DNA of 64,000 nt. It comes from Alphaproteobacteria bacterium. GTDB taxonomy: Bacteria; Pseudomonadota; Alphaproteobacteria; TMED109. Below, piece by piece: positions 47,261 through 57,629 of the stretch. How positions within the stretch are numbered: position 1 is the first letter of the stretch; every line of letters begins with the position of its first letter. The notes under the pieces are model-generated. The model had not been told where the DNA came from and ran no database searches. It saw only the letters and a list, made by a program, of their open reading frames with translations. The translations under genes were made by a program, and so were the position numbers. The stretch covers positions 2,225,471 to 2,289,470 of the forward strand of contig OZ244896.1 in the NCBI GenBank assembly GCA_965221495.1, read 5' to 3'.

Positions 47261-48169
47261 GTGACCGAGCCTCCGCACCTCGACTGGGACCGGCTCCGGA
47301 TCTTCCGAGTTGTGGCCGATGCCGGCTCGTTCACTCGGGCAGGCGACACGCTCCGCCTGTCGCAGGGCGCCATCAGCCGACAGATCCGCTCTCTTGAGGA
47401 CAGCCTTGGCGTCACCCTGTTCCAGCGCCATGCACGCGGCCTGGTGCTGACCGAGCAGGGCAAGATTCTCCGGCGCACAGCGCGCGACGTCTTCGACCGC
47501 ATTTCCCGCATGGAGGCGCAGCTCGACCACAACCGGGAGCGCCCCAGAGGGCCACTCCGGGTGACCACGACCGTCGGATTCGGCTCGGTCTGGCTACCCT
47601 CGCAGATCAACGAATTTCTCGACCGGTACCCGGAAATCAACCTGTCCCTGCTGATCGACGACTCGGAAGTGGACGTTCATCTCCTCAAGGCAGACGTGGC
47701 CATTCGCATGGCGCCCCCGCGCCATCCGAATCTGATTCAGCGGCACCTCTTCACCGGGCACATCGCGATTTACGCAGCACCAGCGTATCTGCGGCGTTTC
47801 GGGACGCCGCAAACGCTTGAAGATCTGCTGGAACACCGGATCGTGGCCTACGGCGAGCAGGTCGCAGTTCCGTTTCCGGACGTGAACTGGCTCAGCGATG
47901 CCCTGCGCGAACTCGATCCGCACTTCGAGCCCGCGTTCACGTTGAACAATCTTGTCGGCATCGTGCGATCGGTGGAATGGGGCGCCGGTATCGCCGCATT
48001 GCCGACCCTTCTGGTTCACCAGATGGGCAGCTGCGAACACATTATGCGGGACATCGAAGGGCCGCCGATCGAAGCCTACTTCGTGTACCCCGAGGTCCTC
48101 CGCAATACGCTCCGGATCAACGTGTTCAGGGACTTTCTGCTGGAGAAGATCAGGGAGATCCGCCTCTAG
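47261..48169 (+). CDS. LysR-family transcriptional regulator
   Basis: LRIFRVVADAGSFTRAGDTLRLSQGAISRQIRSLEDSLGVTLFQRH is an HTH followed by a LysR substrate domain. GTG start at 47261. Confidence 0.85.
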   Translation: MTEPPHLDWDRLRIFRVVADAGSFTRAGDTLRLSQGAISRQIRSLEDSLGVTLFQRHARGLVLTEQGKILRRTARDVFDRISRMEAQLDHNRERPRGPLRVTTTVGFGSVWLPSQINEFLDRYPEINLSLLIDDSEVDVHLLKADVAIRMAPPRHPNLIQRHLFTGHIAIYAAPAYLRRFGTPQTLEDLLEHRIVAYGEQVAVPFPDVNWLSDALRELDPHFEPAFTLNNLVGIVRSVEWGAGIAALPTLLVHQMGSCEHIMRDIEGPPIEAYFVYPEVLRNTLRINVFRDFLLEKIREIRL

Positions 48170-48221
48170 CCCGACCGGCACAAGGCGCCGGCAGTGGGCG
48201 TCAAGATCCGGGCCCGCCCCC

Positions 48222-49190
48222 CTACTTGTACAATGTGGGGTCCGTGTTGCCGGCGTAGAGCGCCGCCACCCACTCCCCGTAACCGTTGAACAGCTGGGTC
48301 GGAATCCGCCGTCCGGTCCCGATGTCCTCTTCGGTGGCCTGGCTCCAGCGCGGGTGATCGACCTTCGGGTTCACGTTTGCCCAGAACCCGTACTCGCTCC
48401 GATTCACTTCTTCCCAGAACGTCAACGGGCGTTCCGCCGAGAAGGTGAACTGCACAATCGACTTGACTGACTTGAATCCGTACTTCCAGGGCACCGCCAG
48501 CCGCAGGGGCGACCCGTTCTGACGGGGCAGGGGCTTTCCGTACAGGCCCGTCACCATGAATGCGAGGTCATGGGTTGCCTCCTCCATGGTGAGGCCTTCG
48601 GTGTACGGCCAGGGGTAGTGGGTCTGGAGCTGCCCGCGGGCGGTGTCGGGGTCGAGAAACGTCTTCATGACCAGATATTTGGCATTGCCGGTCGGATTGG
48701 CGAAGCGAACCAGTTCCCGAAGCGGAAAGCCCGACCACGGGACCACCATCGACCACGCTTCCACACACCGGAGCCGGTACACCCGTTCCTCGAGCGGCAT
48801 CTGCCTGAGCAGGTCGTCGATCGCAATCGTCTGCGGCGATTCCACCTCGCCATCGATGCGAACCTCCCATGGCCGGATCTTGAGCGCCTGGGCTGCCTTC
48901 CAGATCTTCTTGCTGGTTCCGAACTCGTAGAAGTTGTTGTGCCGGGTCGCGGTTTCCTCCGCTGTCAGTTCCCGGCCCTCGCCCGCGAGATAGTCCGGAT
49001 TGCGCGCAACGGGATACAGCCCCGTACTCGGGTCATCTTCCGTGCCCGCCCCGAACGCCAGTCCGGGGGCCGCAGCGGCGATGCCGCCGGCAGCGAGGCC
49101 CTGCACGATCCGGCGGCGGTTGAGGAAAATAGGTTCCGGGGTGACGGCGCTTTCGGGAAGTTCCCAGCCCCGTGGACGGTGAATTGCCAT
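48222..49190 (-). CDS. msrP: Protein-methionine-sulfoxide reductase catalytic subunit MsrP (YedY)
   Basis: TAT signal (NRRRIVQGLAAGGIAAAAPG), NNFYEFGT, YRLRCVEAWSMVVPWSGFPL and LAVPWKYGFKSVKSIV. Confidence 0.9.
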   Translation of the reverse strand: MAIHRPRGWELPESAVTPEPIFLNRRRIVQGLAAGGIAAAAPGLAFGAGTEDDPSTGLYPVARNPDYLAGEGRELTAEETATRHNNFYEFGTSKKIWKAAQALKIRPWEVRIDGEVESPQTIAIDDLLRQMPLEERVYRLRCVEAWSMVVPWSGFPLRELVRFANPTGNAKYLVMKTFLDPDTARGQLQTHYPWPYTEGLTMEEATHDLAFMVTGLYGKPLPRQNGSPLRLAVPWKYGFKSVKSIVQFTFSAERPLTFWEEVNRSEYGFWANVNPKVDHPRWSQATEEDIGTGRRIPTQLFNGYGEWVAALYAGNTDPTLYK

Positions 49191-49217
49191 CTCGTTCTCC
49201 GGTTCTGGCCGCCCGAC

Positions 49218-51281
49218 TCAGGCGGCGCGAAGCCAAACTGCAGTGTCGTGGAAGGCGGCGCCACCATCCGGCGGGCCGGCGTCCGCCCCCACCAAGGTGT
49301 TGATTCCCCGCCCTTCGACAAAGGCGTGCCCGGGCCAGATTCCCTCGATCACGACGACCCCGGACTGGAGGCCGGCGAAAGACTTTGCATGGACGAGCAC
49401 ATCGCCCCGCCGATTGCCGAGCCGCACCGGATCGCCGTCGCGAATCCCGAGCGCTGCGAGATCATCCGGATGAATGCGCGCCGAGGGGCGGGTTTCCTGC
49501 GTCTGCGAGGTCGGCGTCTCGGTAAAGGACGTATTGAGAAAGTTGTGGGCGGGGGCCGTGACCAGCCGGAACGGGTGTTCCGCGTCACTCTCCTCGATGT
49601 TGGCGAGGTGATCCGGAAGGGGCGGCATGACTTGATGGTCTGCACCTATCGTGTTCCAGGCCGGAGCAAACCGGAATTTCCCGTCCGGAAACCCGAAACC
49701 AGTCTCGAAATGGGCGTGGCTAAAGTCGGGCTGAACGTCGATCCACCGGTTCGATTCAAGGTTTTGCAGCGTGCCGTGACCCGATGCCCGGAGCGTTGCA
49801 TCGATGATCGCGCGCTCGGTCATGGAGAAGCCGGCATGCTCCGCACCGAGACGGTGCGCGAGGTCACAGATGACACGGTGGTTGGCCCGCGCCTCGCCCC
49901 GGGGCTCAATCAGTTTCGGGCCGAGCATGACATGCTGGTGCCCGCCGCCCTGGTACAGGTCGTCGTGCTCAAGGAACGTCGTGGCCGGCAGCACCACATC
50001 CGCATAGCGGACGGTTTCCGTGGGAAACTGTTCGTGCACGCACACAAACAGGTCATCCCGTGCAAACCCTGCATGCACCTTCGCGAGTTCAGGCGCCACA
50101 TCCGCGGGATTGGTGTTCTGAATCAGCATCGCCGTCACCGGCGGCCCGTCACCGATGTCGATCGGGTCATTCACGAGAACCGGACCGATTCGCGACATGT
50201 CGAGTGAGCGGATGTTCGGGTCGCGAACATCCAGTCCCTCGATCAAGGTCTTGTCCCAGTGGTAGACGTCGCGGTTGGAATAGAACGCACCTCCACCCCG
50301 GTGCTGCCATTTGCCGCCCACCGTGGCGACCGAGACCGCCGCGTGCACGTTGGCGGCTCCGTTCCGGGACCGTGAGAACCCGTACCCGATTCGCATATAG
50401 GTGCGGTCAGTCGTGCCGATCAAACGGGCAAAGGATTCGATCTCGGCCTCCGACAGACCGGTGATGCGGGACGCCCAGGCCGGCGTCCGGCTGGCGAGAT
50501 GCGCCTCCAGACGGTCCGGGCAGTCGCTGAACCGTGCGAGAAAGTCACGGTCTGCATGGCCGTCGCGGAACATGACGTGCATGATCGCGCAGGCCAGAGC
50601 GCCGTCAGTGCCCGGGCGGAGACAGAGATGGAGATCCGCGACCTGCGCGGTGCGGGTTCGATAGGGGTCCACCACCGCGAGCTTGGCACCGCGAGTCTTC
50701 CGCGCCCGCTGCACGTGGGTCATCACGTTGACTTGTGTGGAGGCCGGGTTTCCGCCCCAGGCAATGATCAGGTCTGATTCGGCCATCTCGCGAGGGTCGG
50801 GCCCGCGCAGCGCACCCGTGCCCGCCAGCCAGCCGGAATCGACCAGAGTTGTGCAGATTGTGGTCTTCTGGCCGGAGTACCCCATCGCGTGGCGAAGGCG
50901 GTTGATTCCGTCCCGTTGCACCAGGCCCATGGTTCCGGCGTAGTAGTACGGCCAGACCGTCTCCGCGCCGTGCCGCTCGGCCTGCTCCTGGAACCGCTCG
51001 GCCACCAGGTCGAGCGCATCGTCCCAGCCGATTTCCTTGAACTGATGGGTGCCCTTGGGGCCGGTGCGAAGCAGGGGCTGCAAAATGCGGTCCGGGTGAT
51101 GGACGCGTTCCGCATAGCGCGCGACCTTGGCACACACCACACCCGAGGTGTACGTGTTGTCCCGCGCTCCGTGAATCCGGCCCACGTCCCCGTCCTCAAG
51201 CAGTTCCACCTCGAGAGCGCACGTACTAGGGCAATCGTGCGGACAGGTGGAGAACCCCTTGCCCGAAACGAATCCATCCAT
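49218..51281 (-). CDS. Cytoplasmic molybdopterin (bis-MGD, MopB-family) oxidoreductase of unknown substrate
   Basis: N-terminal FeS motif STCPHDCPSTCAL ... VCAK, MopB core (IAWGGNPASTQVN, VVDPYRT, LRPGTDGAL) and a C-terminal beta-barrel (HPDDLAALGIRDGDPVRL). No TAT signal. Start is at ATG 51281, and the ORF-track extension to 52520 was rejected. Confidence 0.85.
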   Translation of the reverse strand: MDGFVSGKGFSTCPHDCPSTCALEVELLEDGDVGRIHGARDNTYTSGVVCAKVARYAERVHHPDRILQPLLRTGPKGTHQFKEIGWDDALDLVAERFQEQAERHGAETVWPYYYAGTMGLVQRDGINRLRHAMGYSGQKTTICTTLVDSGWLAGTGALRGPDPREMAESDLIIAWGGNPASTQVNVMTHVQRARKTRGAKLAVVDPYRTRTAQVADLHLCLRPGTDGALACAIMHVMFRDGHADRDFLARFSDCPDRLEAHLASRTPAWASRITGLSEAEIESFARLIGTTDRTYMRIGYGFSRSRNGAANVHAAVSVATVGGKWQHRGGGAFYSNRDVYHWDKTLIEGLDVRDPNIRSLDMSRIGPVLVNDPIDIGDGPPVTAMLIQNTNPADVAPELAKVHAGFARDDLFVCVHEQFPTETVRYADVVLPATTFLEHDDLYQGGGHQHVMLGPKLIEPRGEARANHRVICDLAHRLGAEHAGFSMTERAIIDATLRASGHGTLQNLESNRWIDVQPDFSHAHFETGFGFPDGKFRFAPAWNTIGADHQVMPPLPDHLANIEESDAEHPFRLVTAPAHNFLNTSFTETPTSQTQETRPSARIHPDDLAALGIRDGDPVRLGNRRGDVLVHAKSFAGLQSGVVVIEGIWPGHAFVEGRGINTLVGADAGPPDGGAAFHDTAVWLRAA

Positions 51282-51704
51282 GGCCTGCTGCCCCTTAAGT
51301 CCCTGTTTTCCCCCTTTGGGTATAGGGGAACTCCGCGTCGGCGTCCACGTTCGGGATTGACGCATCAGACTTGCCTCGCACCGCCATTGGATTCCACCAA
51401 CGTCCGCGGCTTCAGCGGATTCGCAGCCTGCGGCCGCCTGTCCATGGCTGCAGGTCGAGGCCAACCCGGTCACCGCTGATCCCCGACCCACGCCGGTTTC
51501 CCGGCAGGCACGCAAAGGGACCTGTGCCGTGGCAATGCGATCGCACAGGATCGGCATGCGAAGGCCGGTGCAGAACGGCCGCAAGCCCACCCTCCAACCG
51601 GGAGCCGATCTCCGCCTGCGGCCGGACACGCGAACGGTGCACGGCTGCAGACGGCCGATCGTGGCTATAGTCGAGGCGACCGGAGCCGGTGTTTCTGACA
51701 GGTC

Positions 51705-54635
51705 ATGGCCGTTTTTCCCGCAACCGAAGCCCGAGCCCGTCCCGGACTTGAAGCCCGCCTCAGAAACGCGGTGGACGGCGAGGTGCTGTTCGACGCCTTC
51801 AGCCGCGGGCGTTATGCCACCGACGCCTCCATCTATCAGATCACGCCCATCGGCGTGGTCATCCCGCGCCGTGCCAGCGACATTGAAGCCACGCTGGCGA
51901 TCGCACGCGACGAGGGGGTGCCGGTGCTCCCTCGCGGAGGGGGCACCTCGCAGTGCGGCCAGACCGTCGGCCCGGCCCTGGTGGTCGACACCACCAAGCA
52001 TCTCAACCGCGTGCTCTCGGTCGACCCGGTTGCGCGGCGCGCGGTCGTCGAACCGGGAGTCGTGCTCGACTCGCTGAATGACCGACTGAAGTCGCACGGG
52101 CTGTGGTTCCCGGTGGACATCTCGACCGGCAACCGGGCCACCCTCGGAGGCATGGCCGGCAACAACAGCTGCGGCGCACGCTCGATTCGCTACGGCAACA
52201 TGGTCCACAACGTGCACGCCATTGATGCCGTGCTCGCCTCGGGAGCCACGTACCGATTTGCTCCGGTTCCGGGCAACCTCGGCAGCTTCCGGGCCCCTTC
52301 CGGGTACATGGACCTCGTGCAGCGGGTACGCGCGATCGGTGCCCGCGAGACCGACGAAATCACCGCCCGGTTTCCCGACCTGCTGCGACGGGTCGGCGGC
52401 TACAACATCGATTCGATCGCAGCCACCGGCCACAACATGGCCGACCTGCTGGTCGGATCGGAGGGGACGCTCGCCTTCTTCACCCGGATCGAGATCGATC
52501 TCCAGCCCGTCCCGCCCCACAAGGCCCTTGGCATCTGCCGGTTTGCCTCGCTCCGTGAAGCGATGGAAGCCACCAAGCCAATCGTGAGCCTCGGCCCATC
52601 GGCGGTCGAGCTGGCCGATCGCAACCTGATCGATCTTGCGCGAACGGTGCCTCTCTACCGCGGGACCGTCGAGACCTTAATCGAGGGCTCACCCGGCGCC
52701 GTGTTGCTGGTCGAATTCGCCGAGGACACGGCCCACGACACCCGCCAGCGCCTTGCGCAACTAGCCACCATGCTCGGTGACCATGGCCATCCCGGTTCGG
52801 TCACGCCGGTGGTCGAACCCGGCGCCCAGGCTGCAGTGTGGGAGATGCGCAAGGCCGGCCTGAACATCGTCATGTCGATGAAGGGTGACCACAAGCCTGT
52901 CTCCTTCGTCGAGGACTGCGCCGTCGCGCTCGATGACCTGCCCGCGTATACGGATCGGCTGAGCGCCGTATTCCAGAAGCACGGGACGCACGGCACCTGG
53001 TACGCCCACGCGTCGGTGGGCTGCCTTCACGTACGTCCAATTCTCAATATGAAAAGCGCGGACGGCGTCCGGGCCATGCGGGCAATCGCGGAGGAAGCGT
53101 TCGAGCTGGTGCGTGCCTACAAGGGCTCACACTCGGGCGAGCACGGCGACGGCATTGTCCGTTCCGAACATCACACGGCCATGTTCGGCGCGCGCATGGT
53201 GCGGGCGTTCGAAGACATCAAGACGTGCTTTGATCCTGACGCACTGCTCAATCCCGGCAAGATCGTCCGCCCCTACCGGATGGATGACCGCGCATTGCTT
53301 CGCTACCCGCCGGACTACAACCCGGTGCCGATTGCACCCGTGCTCGACTGGTCCGAATGGGGGACCGGCAGCGGCGGTTTCCTCAGTGCGGTGGAGATGT
53401 GCAACAACAACGGCGCCTGCCGGAAGGCTCGCGGAGGCGTGATGTGTCCATCGTTCCGCGCGACCGGCGACGAACAGCACGTCACGCGGGGGCGGGCGAA
53501 CAGCCTGCGGCTTGCCCTGACGGGACAGCTGGGTCCGGACGCCGTGGCCAGCGACGCGATGCGCGACTCCATGGCCCTCTGCATCGGCTGCAAGGGCTGC
53601 AAGCGCGAATGCCCGACCGGTGTCGACATGGCCCGCATGAAGATCGAGGTCCAGCATCAGCGCGTCGGCCTCCACGGCTTCGGCATGCGGGACCGCGCGG
53701 TCGGTTGGCTGCCCCGGTACGCGCCCGCCGCCGCGCGCCTGCGCAAGATCGTCAACCTCCGGAACCGCTCCGGGTTTCTGCGGTGGACCAGCGAGACCTT
53801 GCTCGGGGTTGCTTCCCGCCGGGCCTTGCCCGAGTGGCACCGGCAGCCGTTCGTCGAGACACCGCAGCCGGAAGGCGACGGCCCAGACATCGTCGTGCTG
53901 CCCGACACGTTTTCCACCTGGTTTGAACCCGGGATCCTGCGGTCCGCCCTCGCCGTGTTGCGGGCCGCGGGCTACAGGGTGTCGGTCGCCCGCGCCGCGC
54001 CGGACGATCCGGCAAGAGAACGCCCCCTGTGCTGCGGCCGGACCTTCCTCTCGGTCGGAGCGGTCAGGGAAGCCCGCGCCGAAGCTGAGCGGACTCTCCG
54101 GGCGCTGGAACCGTACCTGGAGCGCGGGGTTCCGGTGGTCGGGCTCGAGCCGTCATGCCTGTTCACCCTGCGTGACGAGTGGACGGTGCTGGTCCCCGGG
54201 GAGCGGGCGACGATGGCTGCAAATGTGGCGGTGACATTTGAGGATCTTCTCGCGAATGGGCCCGCCAGCAAGACCCTGAGCCTTGGCCCGATCAAAAGCC
54301 GCGCCGCGTTCCTTCATCACCACTGCCACCAGAAGGCGTTCAGCGCCACCTCGGGAACGACCGAAGTCTTGTCGTGGATACCGGAACTCGATGTCACGCC
54401 CATCGAGTCAACCTGCTGCGGCATGGCCGGAGCGTTTGGTTACCAGGCTGAAACCTACGATCTATCGATGCGGATCGGAGGCCTGGACCTCTTTCCGGCA
54501 CTCGAGTCCGCGCCGCAGAACGCGCTCGTGATTGCAAACGGGACCAGCTGTCGTCAGCAGATCGCCCATGGGACGAACCGCCGCGCGCTTCACGTGTCAC
54601 AGGTCCTCGCAGACTCCCTCGCGGCATGCCAGTGA
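51705..54635 (+). CDS. FAD-binding (GlcD-like) and FeS/CCG-domain (GlcF-like) fusion oxidase, YdiJ-like
   Basis: FAD-binding PCMH domain (PRGGGTSQCGQ), a VAO-type cap, 2x[4Fe-4S]-like CxxCxxC (CIGCKGCKRECP) and C-terminal CCG repeats (SCCGMAG). 976 aa. Confidence 0.88.
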   Translation: MAVFPATEARARPGLEARLRNAVDGEVLFDAFSRGRYATDASIYQITPIGVVIPRRASDIEATLAIARDEGVPVLPRGGGTSQCGQTVGPALVVDTTKHLNRVLSVDPVARRAVVEPGVVLDSLNDRLKSHGLWFPVDISTGNRATLGGMAGNNSCGARSIRYGNMVHNVHAIDAVLASGATYRFAPVPGNLGSFRAPSGYMDLVQRVRAIGARETDEITARFPDLLRRVGGYNIDSIAATGHNMADLLVGSEGTLAFFTRIEIDLQPVPPHKALGICRFASLREAMEATKPIVSLGPSAVELADRNLIDLARTVPLYRGTVETLIEGSPGAVLLVEFAEDTAHDTRQRLAQLATMLGDHGHPGSVTPVVEPGAQAAVWEMRKAGLNIVMSMKGDHKPVSFVEDCAVALDDLPAYTDRLSAVFQKHGTHGTWYAHASVGCLHVRPILNMKSADGVRAMRAIAEEAFELVRAYKGSHSGEHGDGIVRSEHHTAMFGARMVRAFEDIKTCFDPDALLNPGKIVRPYRMDDRALLRYPPDYNPVPIAPVLDWSEWGTGSGGFLSAVEMCNNNGACRKARGGVMCPSFRATGDEQHVTRGRANSLRLALTGQLGPDAVASDAMRDSMALCIGCKGCKRECPTGVDMARMKIEVQHQRVGLHGFGMRDRAVGWLPRYAPAAARLRKIVNLRNRSGFLRWTSETLLGVASRRALPEWHRQPFVETPQPEGDGPDIVVLPDTFSTWFEPGILRSALAVLRAAGYRVSVARAAPDDPARERPLCCGRTFLSVGAVREARAEAERTLRALEPYLERGVPVVGLEPSCLFTLRDEWTVLVPGERATMAANVAVTFEDLLANGPASKTLSLGPIKSRAAFLHHHCHQKAFSATSGTTEVLSWIPELDVTPIESTCCGMAGAFGYQAETYDLSMRIGGLDLFPALESAPQNALVIANGTSCRQQIAHGTNRRALHVSQVLADSLAACQ

Positions 54636-54856
54636 CCGGCACGCGCAGGTCCGGGTCCAGCCATGTGGCGGAATCGCGCTTCGATGGCAACATTGGCGCC
54701 CGAACGGACCTGATCGCCACAGCCGGGGCGGTGCAATGACAGGGCAGCGCCGAAAGCCTCCGCAAATCGGAGGGGCAACAGGGACCCCGCCAGCCCTTCG
54801 CCGCGCGCGTCATCCGCCACAGTTCCAACCAGACCCTAGCGACAGAGGCGCAACAC

Positions 54857-55192
54857 ATGGCAGCCGTATCCGGATATCACGCACACATCTATTACGACGA
54901 CCAGAGCCGAGCCGCCGCCGCAGCGGTGCGGGAAGAGATTGCCAGCCGCTTCAACGTCCGGCTTGGCCGATGGCGCGACGATCCTGTGGGCCCCCACCCC
55001 CAGTCCATGTACCAGGTGGCGTTTGCCGTGGAGGAGTTCGGCCCGATCGTGCAGTGGCTGATGCTGCATCGGCGCGGCTTGACAGTCCTGGTACACCCCG
55101 AAACCGGGGATGCTGCCGGGGACCATGGCGAACGGTCCCTCTGGATGGGACAGAAACTCTCTCTCCGGTTCGAGGTCTTTCAAAAGACCTGA
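54857..55192 (+). CDS. DOPA 4,5-dioxygenase-family (PF08883-like) small protein
   Basis: GYHAHIYYD ... VGPHP..MYQV.F ... LVHP matches that family as I recall it; 111 aa. Confidence 0.65.
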   Translation: MAAVSGYHAHIYYDDQSRAAAAAVREEIASRFNVRLGRWRDDPVGPHPQSMYQVAFAVEEFGPIVQWLMLHRRGLTVLVHPETGDAAGDHGERSLWMGQKLSLRFEVFQKT

Positions 55193-55258
55193 CGCGCTCG
55201 CAACGCGACGCGTGCCGACGGGGACGGCCGCCTCTGGCCGGGACCCGAAGGCGTTCGA

Positions 55259-55879
55259 TCAGGCTGGGTTCAGCACAAAATTGTACGTTCCGGAAAGGCC
55301 CGCATAATTCTTCGACACACTCAGAAGGAGATCGGGCCGGTAAAGCGCGTCCTGCGCGTTCAGTTCCTCCTCTTCGGGAAAATAGACCTGCGTGGTCAGG
55401 GTCTGCAGCCCCTCTGCGTGGATCCGAACATGGATGTGGGGAGTCCGTACAAACCCCCGGCCGTACGCTCCGGGTTTCAGCGTCTTGAACCGGAACCGCC
55501 CATCGGCATCCGTATGGACCATGCCTCGGAGGTCAAAGCTCTTGGTGTCGTAGACCCCGTTCGGGTCCGCCTGCCACACGTCCAGCGTTGCACCGGCAAT
55601 CGGCTGGCACGCGGTATTCAGGACCAGACCCTGTACTGTGAGCGCATCACCCTCCATCCCCTCGACAACAAAATCGTCGCGGTCTGGCGCGCCCGGCACG
55701 TGAAACGGACCTGCTGTCTGCGCCGGCGTTCGCTCGGCCCGGCCATCCACACACACCTCGCCCGCCTGCACAATCGACGGGATCCACGGCAGTACCGAGG
55801 CGCCGGCGACGCCCGCACTTCCGCGCGCAAGAAAGCGCCGCCGATTGAGGCCGGATCGAGGAACAACCTTCGTTCGCAT
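55259..55879 (-). CDS. Intradiol ring-cleavage dioxygenase-family protein with a TAT signal
   Basis: NRRRFLARGSAGVAGA is a TAT signal. Core motifs are TAGPFH, LDVWQADPNGVY, GRFRFKTLKPGAY and RTPHIHVR. Confidence 0.8.
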   Translation of the reverse strand: MRTKVVPRSGLNRRRFLARGSAGVAGASVLPWIPSIVQAGEVCVDGRAERTPAQTAGPFHVPGAPDRDDFVVEGMEGDALTVQGLVLNTACQPIAGATLDVWQADPNGVYDTKSFDLRGMVHTDADGRFRFKTLKPGAYGRGFVRTPHIHVRIHAEGLQTLTTQVYFPEEEELNAQDALYRPDLLLSVSKNYAGLSGTYNFVLNPA

Positions 55880-56015
55880 GTCGTCAACGCCGCACCGAGA
55901 TGCGCGCCTCCTGATCAGTACACATCGCGCAACGAATGACTATACATCGTGGTCGAACCGACCGCGCCGGGCGGTGCCATCTGGCTTCCGTCCCAGGGCG
56001 GTGTTCTGGAGCACC

Positions 56016-57056
56016 ATGATCATGTCACTGCGACACCGATTTCATCCTTGCCGGGCCGCCTGCGGGGCCTTGCTGTTCAGCTGCCTGGCGTCGCTGGTTG
56101 CAGGCTCGGCCTGGGCGGATCCGGAACGCTGGAAATACGCCTGGCCCAACACCGACTTCACGAGCCATTCCGTGGATCTGCAATCCATCCGTTCGGGCGG
56201 TCCACCGCGTGACGGGATTCCTTCGATCGACGAACCCGCGTTCGTTCCTGTGTCGGAAATCGCCAACCTCGCGCCCGGCGATCCGGTCATCAGCGTGGAC
56301 TTCGCAGGCGACGCGCGGGCGTATCCCCTCCGCGTACTCATGTGGCACGAGATCGTGAACGATGTGGTTGGCGACGTACCGGTGGCCGTGACCTATTGCC
56401 CGCTCTGCAATGCCGCACTCGTCTTCGATCGCCGCCTCGGCGACCAGCTTCTCGAATTTGGCACGACAGGCAACCTGCGGCATTCGGATCTGATCATGTA
56501 CGACCGGCAGACCGAAAGCTGGTGGCAGCAGTACACTGGCGAAGCGATCGTCGGGGAACTGACCGGACAATCGCTGGATCTTCTGGCATCGCGCCTGACC
56601 TCCTGGGACGCGTTCCGCCTGGCTCACCCGGATGGTCTGGTTCTCGTGCCCAACGACCCGAGGGCGCGCCGCTACGGGGTGAATCCCTACGTCGGCTACG
56701 ACACCCGGCCGGCCCCGTTCCGTTTCGATGGCGAGCTGCCGGAGGGCATTGCTCCCATGGAGCGCGTCGTTGCAGTAGGAAACCGGGCGTGGAGCTTTGC
56801 GTACCTTCGCGCCGTGCGAACCGTTGATACGGGCGACTTCATCGTCACCTGGAACCCGGGGCAGTCGTCGGCCCTTGACGTAGGCATGATTGCGGAGGGG
56901 CGGGACGTTGGAAGCGTCACCGTGCGGACGAAGGGCAATCCTCCGGAAGACGTGCCGCACCACGTGACATTCGCCTTTGTTTTTCATGCATTTCAGCCCG
57001 ATGCCGAAATACTGACGGGCAGCCAGTTTCAGCGCGGTGAAGGGGATGATGTATGA
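56016..57056 (+). CDS. DUF3179-family secreted protein
   Basis: Signal peptide, DGIPSIDEP.F, AYPLRVLMWHEIVND, VAVTYCPLCN and FGTTGNLRHSDLIMYDRQTESWWQQ. Confidence 0.75.
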   Translation: MIMSLRHRFHPCRAACGALLFSCLASLVAGSAWADPERWKYAWPNTDFTSHSVDLQSIRSGGPPRDGIPSIDEPAFVPVSEIANLAPGDPVISVDFAGDARAYPLRVLMWHEIVNDVVGDVPVAVTYCPLCNAALVFDRRLGDQLLEFGTTGNLRHSDLIMYDRQTESWWQQYTGEAIVGELTGQSLDLLASRLTSWDAFRLAHPDGLVLVPNDPRARRYGVNPYVGYDTRPAPFRFDGELPEGIAPMERVVAVGNRAWSFAYLRAVRTVDTGDFIVTWNPGQSSALDVGMIAEGRDVGSVTVRTKGNPPEDVPHHVTFAFVFHAFQPDAEILTGSQFQRGEGDDV

Positions 57057-57104
57057 TTGGTGGCTGGTTGCTGGCAGTCGGCACCGGGGAGGAAACTCGT
57101 CACC

Positions 57105-57629
57105 ATGCGTATTTTCGGATTACCACTGGCGCTCGTCGTCATTCTGGCCTCAGCCAGCCACGTGCTGGCCGGTGCGGAACGCATCACGTTCCCGCCGAAT
57201 TACAAGTCGGATTTCGTGTATTTCTTTACGTCCGACCGCTTTGACAACAATCAGGTCCGCGACCTCTACGCCAACCTTTCCGCATTGGAGAGCGCCAAGG
57301 ACGGTGCCCCACTGGATCATGGTTCGCAGTTCGTGATGGAGGTCTATGGGGCGGTTGTCGATGACGCCGGCGAACCGGTGCTTGACGAAAACGGGCGCAT
57401 GCAAAAAGCCGACTTCAAAGCCATTGCAGTCATGGAAAAGCAACCCGGTTGGGGCGAGAGCTATCCGGAAGACATCCGCAATGGCGACTGGGAGTACGGG
57501 TTCTTCAATACTGACGGCACCCTCAAGGCGGACACCGACACGCGTCCCTGCATGGAGTGTCATCTTCCGTTCGCCGAAGACGACTACGTGATTTATCTGG
57601 AGGAACTCGTCGCCAAAGCGAATGAGTAA
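57105..57629 (+). CDS. Cytochrome P460 / cytochrome c'-beta family protein
   Basis: Signal peptide and a C-terminal CMECH haem motif. Size and layout fit PF16694. Confidence 0.72.
   Translation: MRIFGLPLALVVILASASHVLAGAERITFPPNYKSDFVYFFTSDRFDNNQVRDLYANLSALESAKDGAPLDHGSQFVMEVYGAVVDDAGEPVLDENGRMQKADFKAIAVMEKQPGWGESYPEDIRNGDWEYGFFNTDGTLKADTDTRPCMECHLPFAEDDYVIYLEELVAKANE

Noticed and set aside
51282-51704. A 420-nt divergent intergenic region upstream of the molybdoenzyme gene. I considered a Moco riboswitch because of hairpins such as CCTGTGC...GCACAGG and strings GGAGT/AAAGGGGG.
   Set aside because: I could not match the conserved Moco-motif core from memory with any confidence. It needs cmsearch with RF01055 before any claim.
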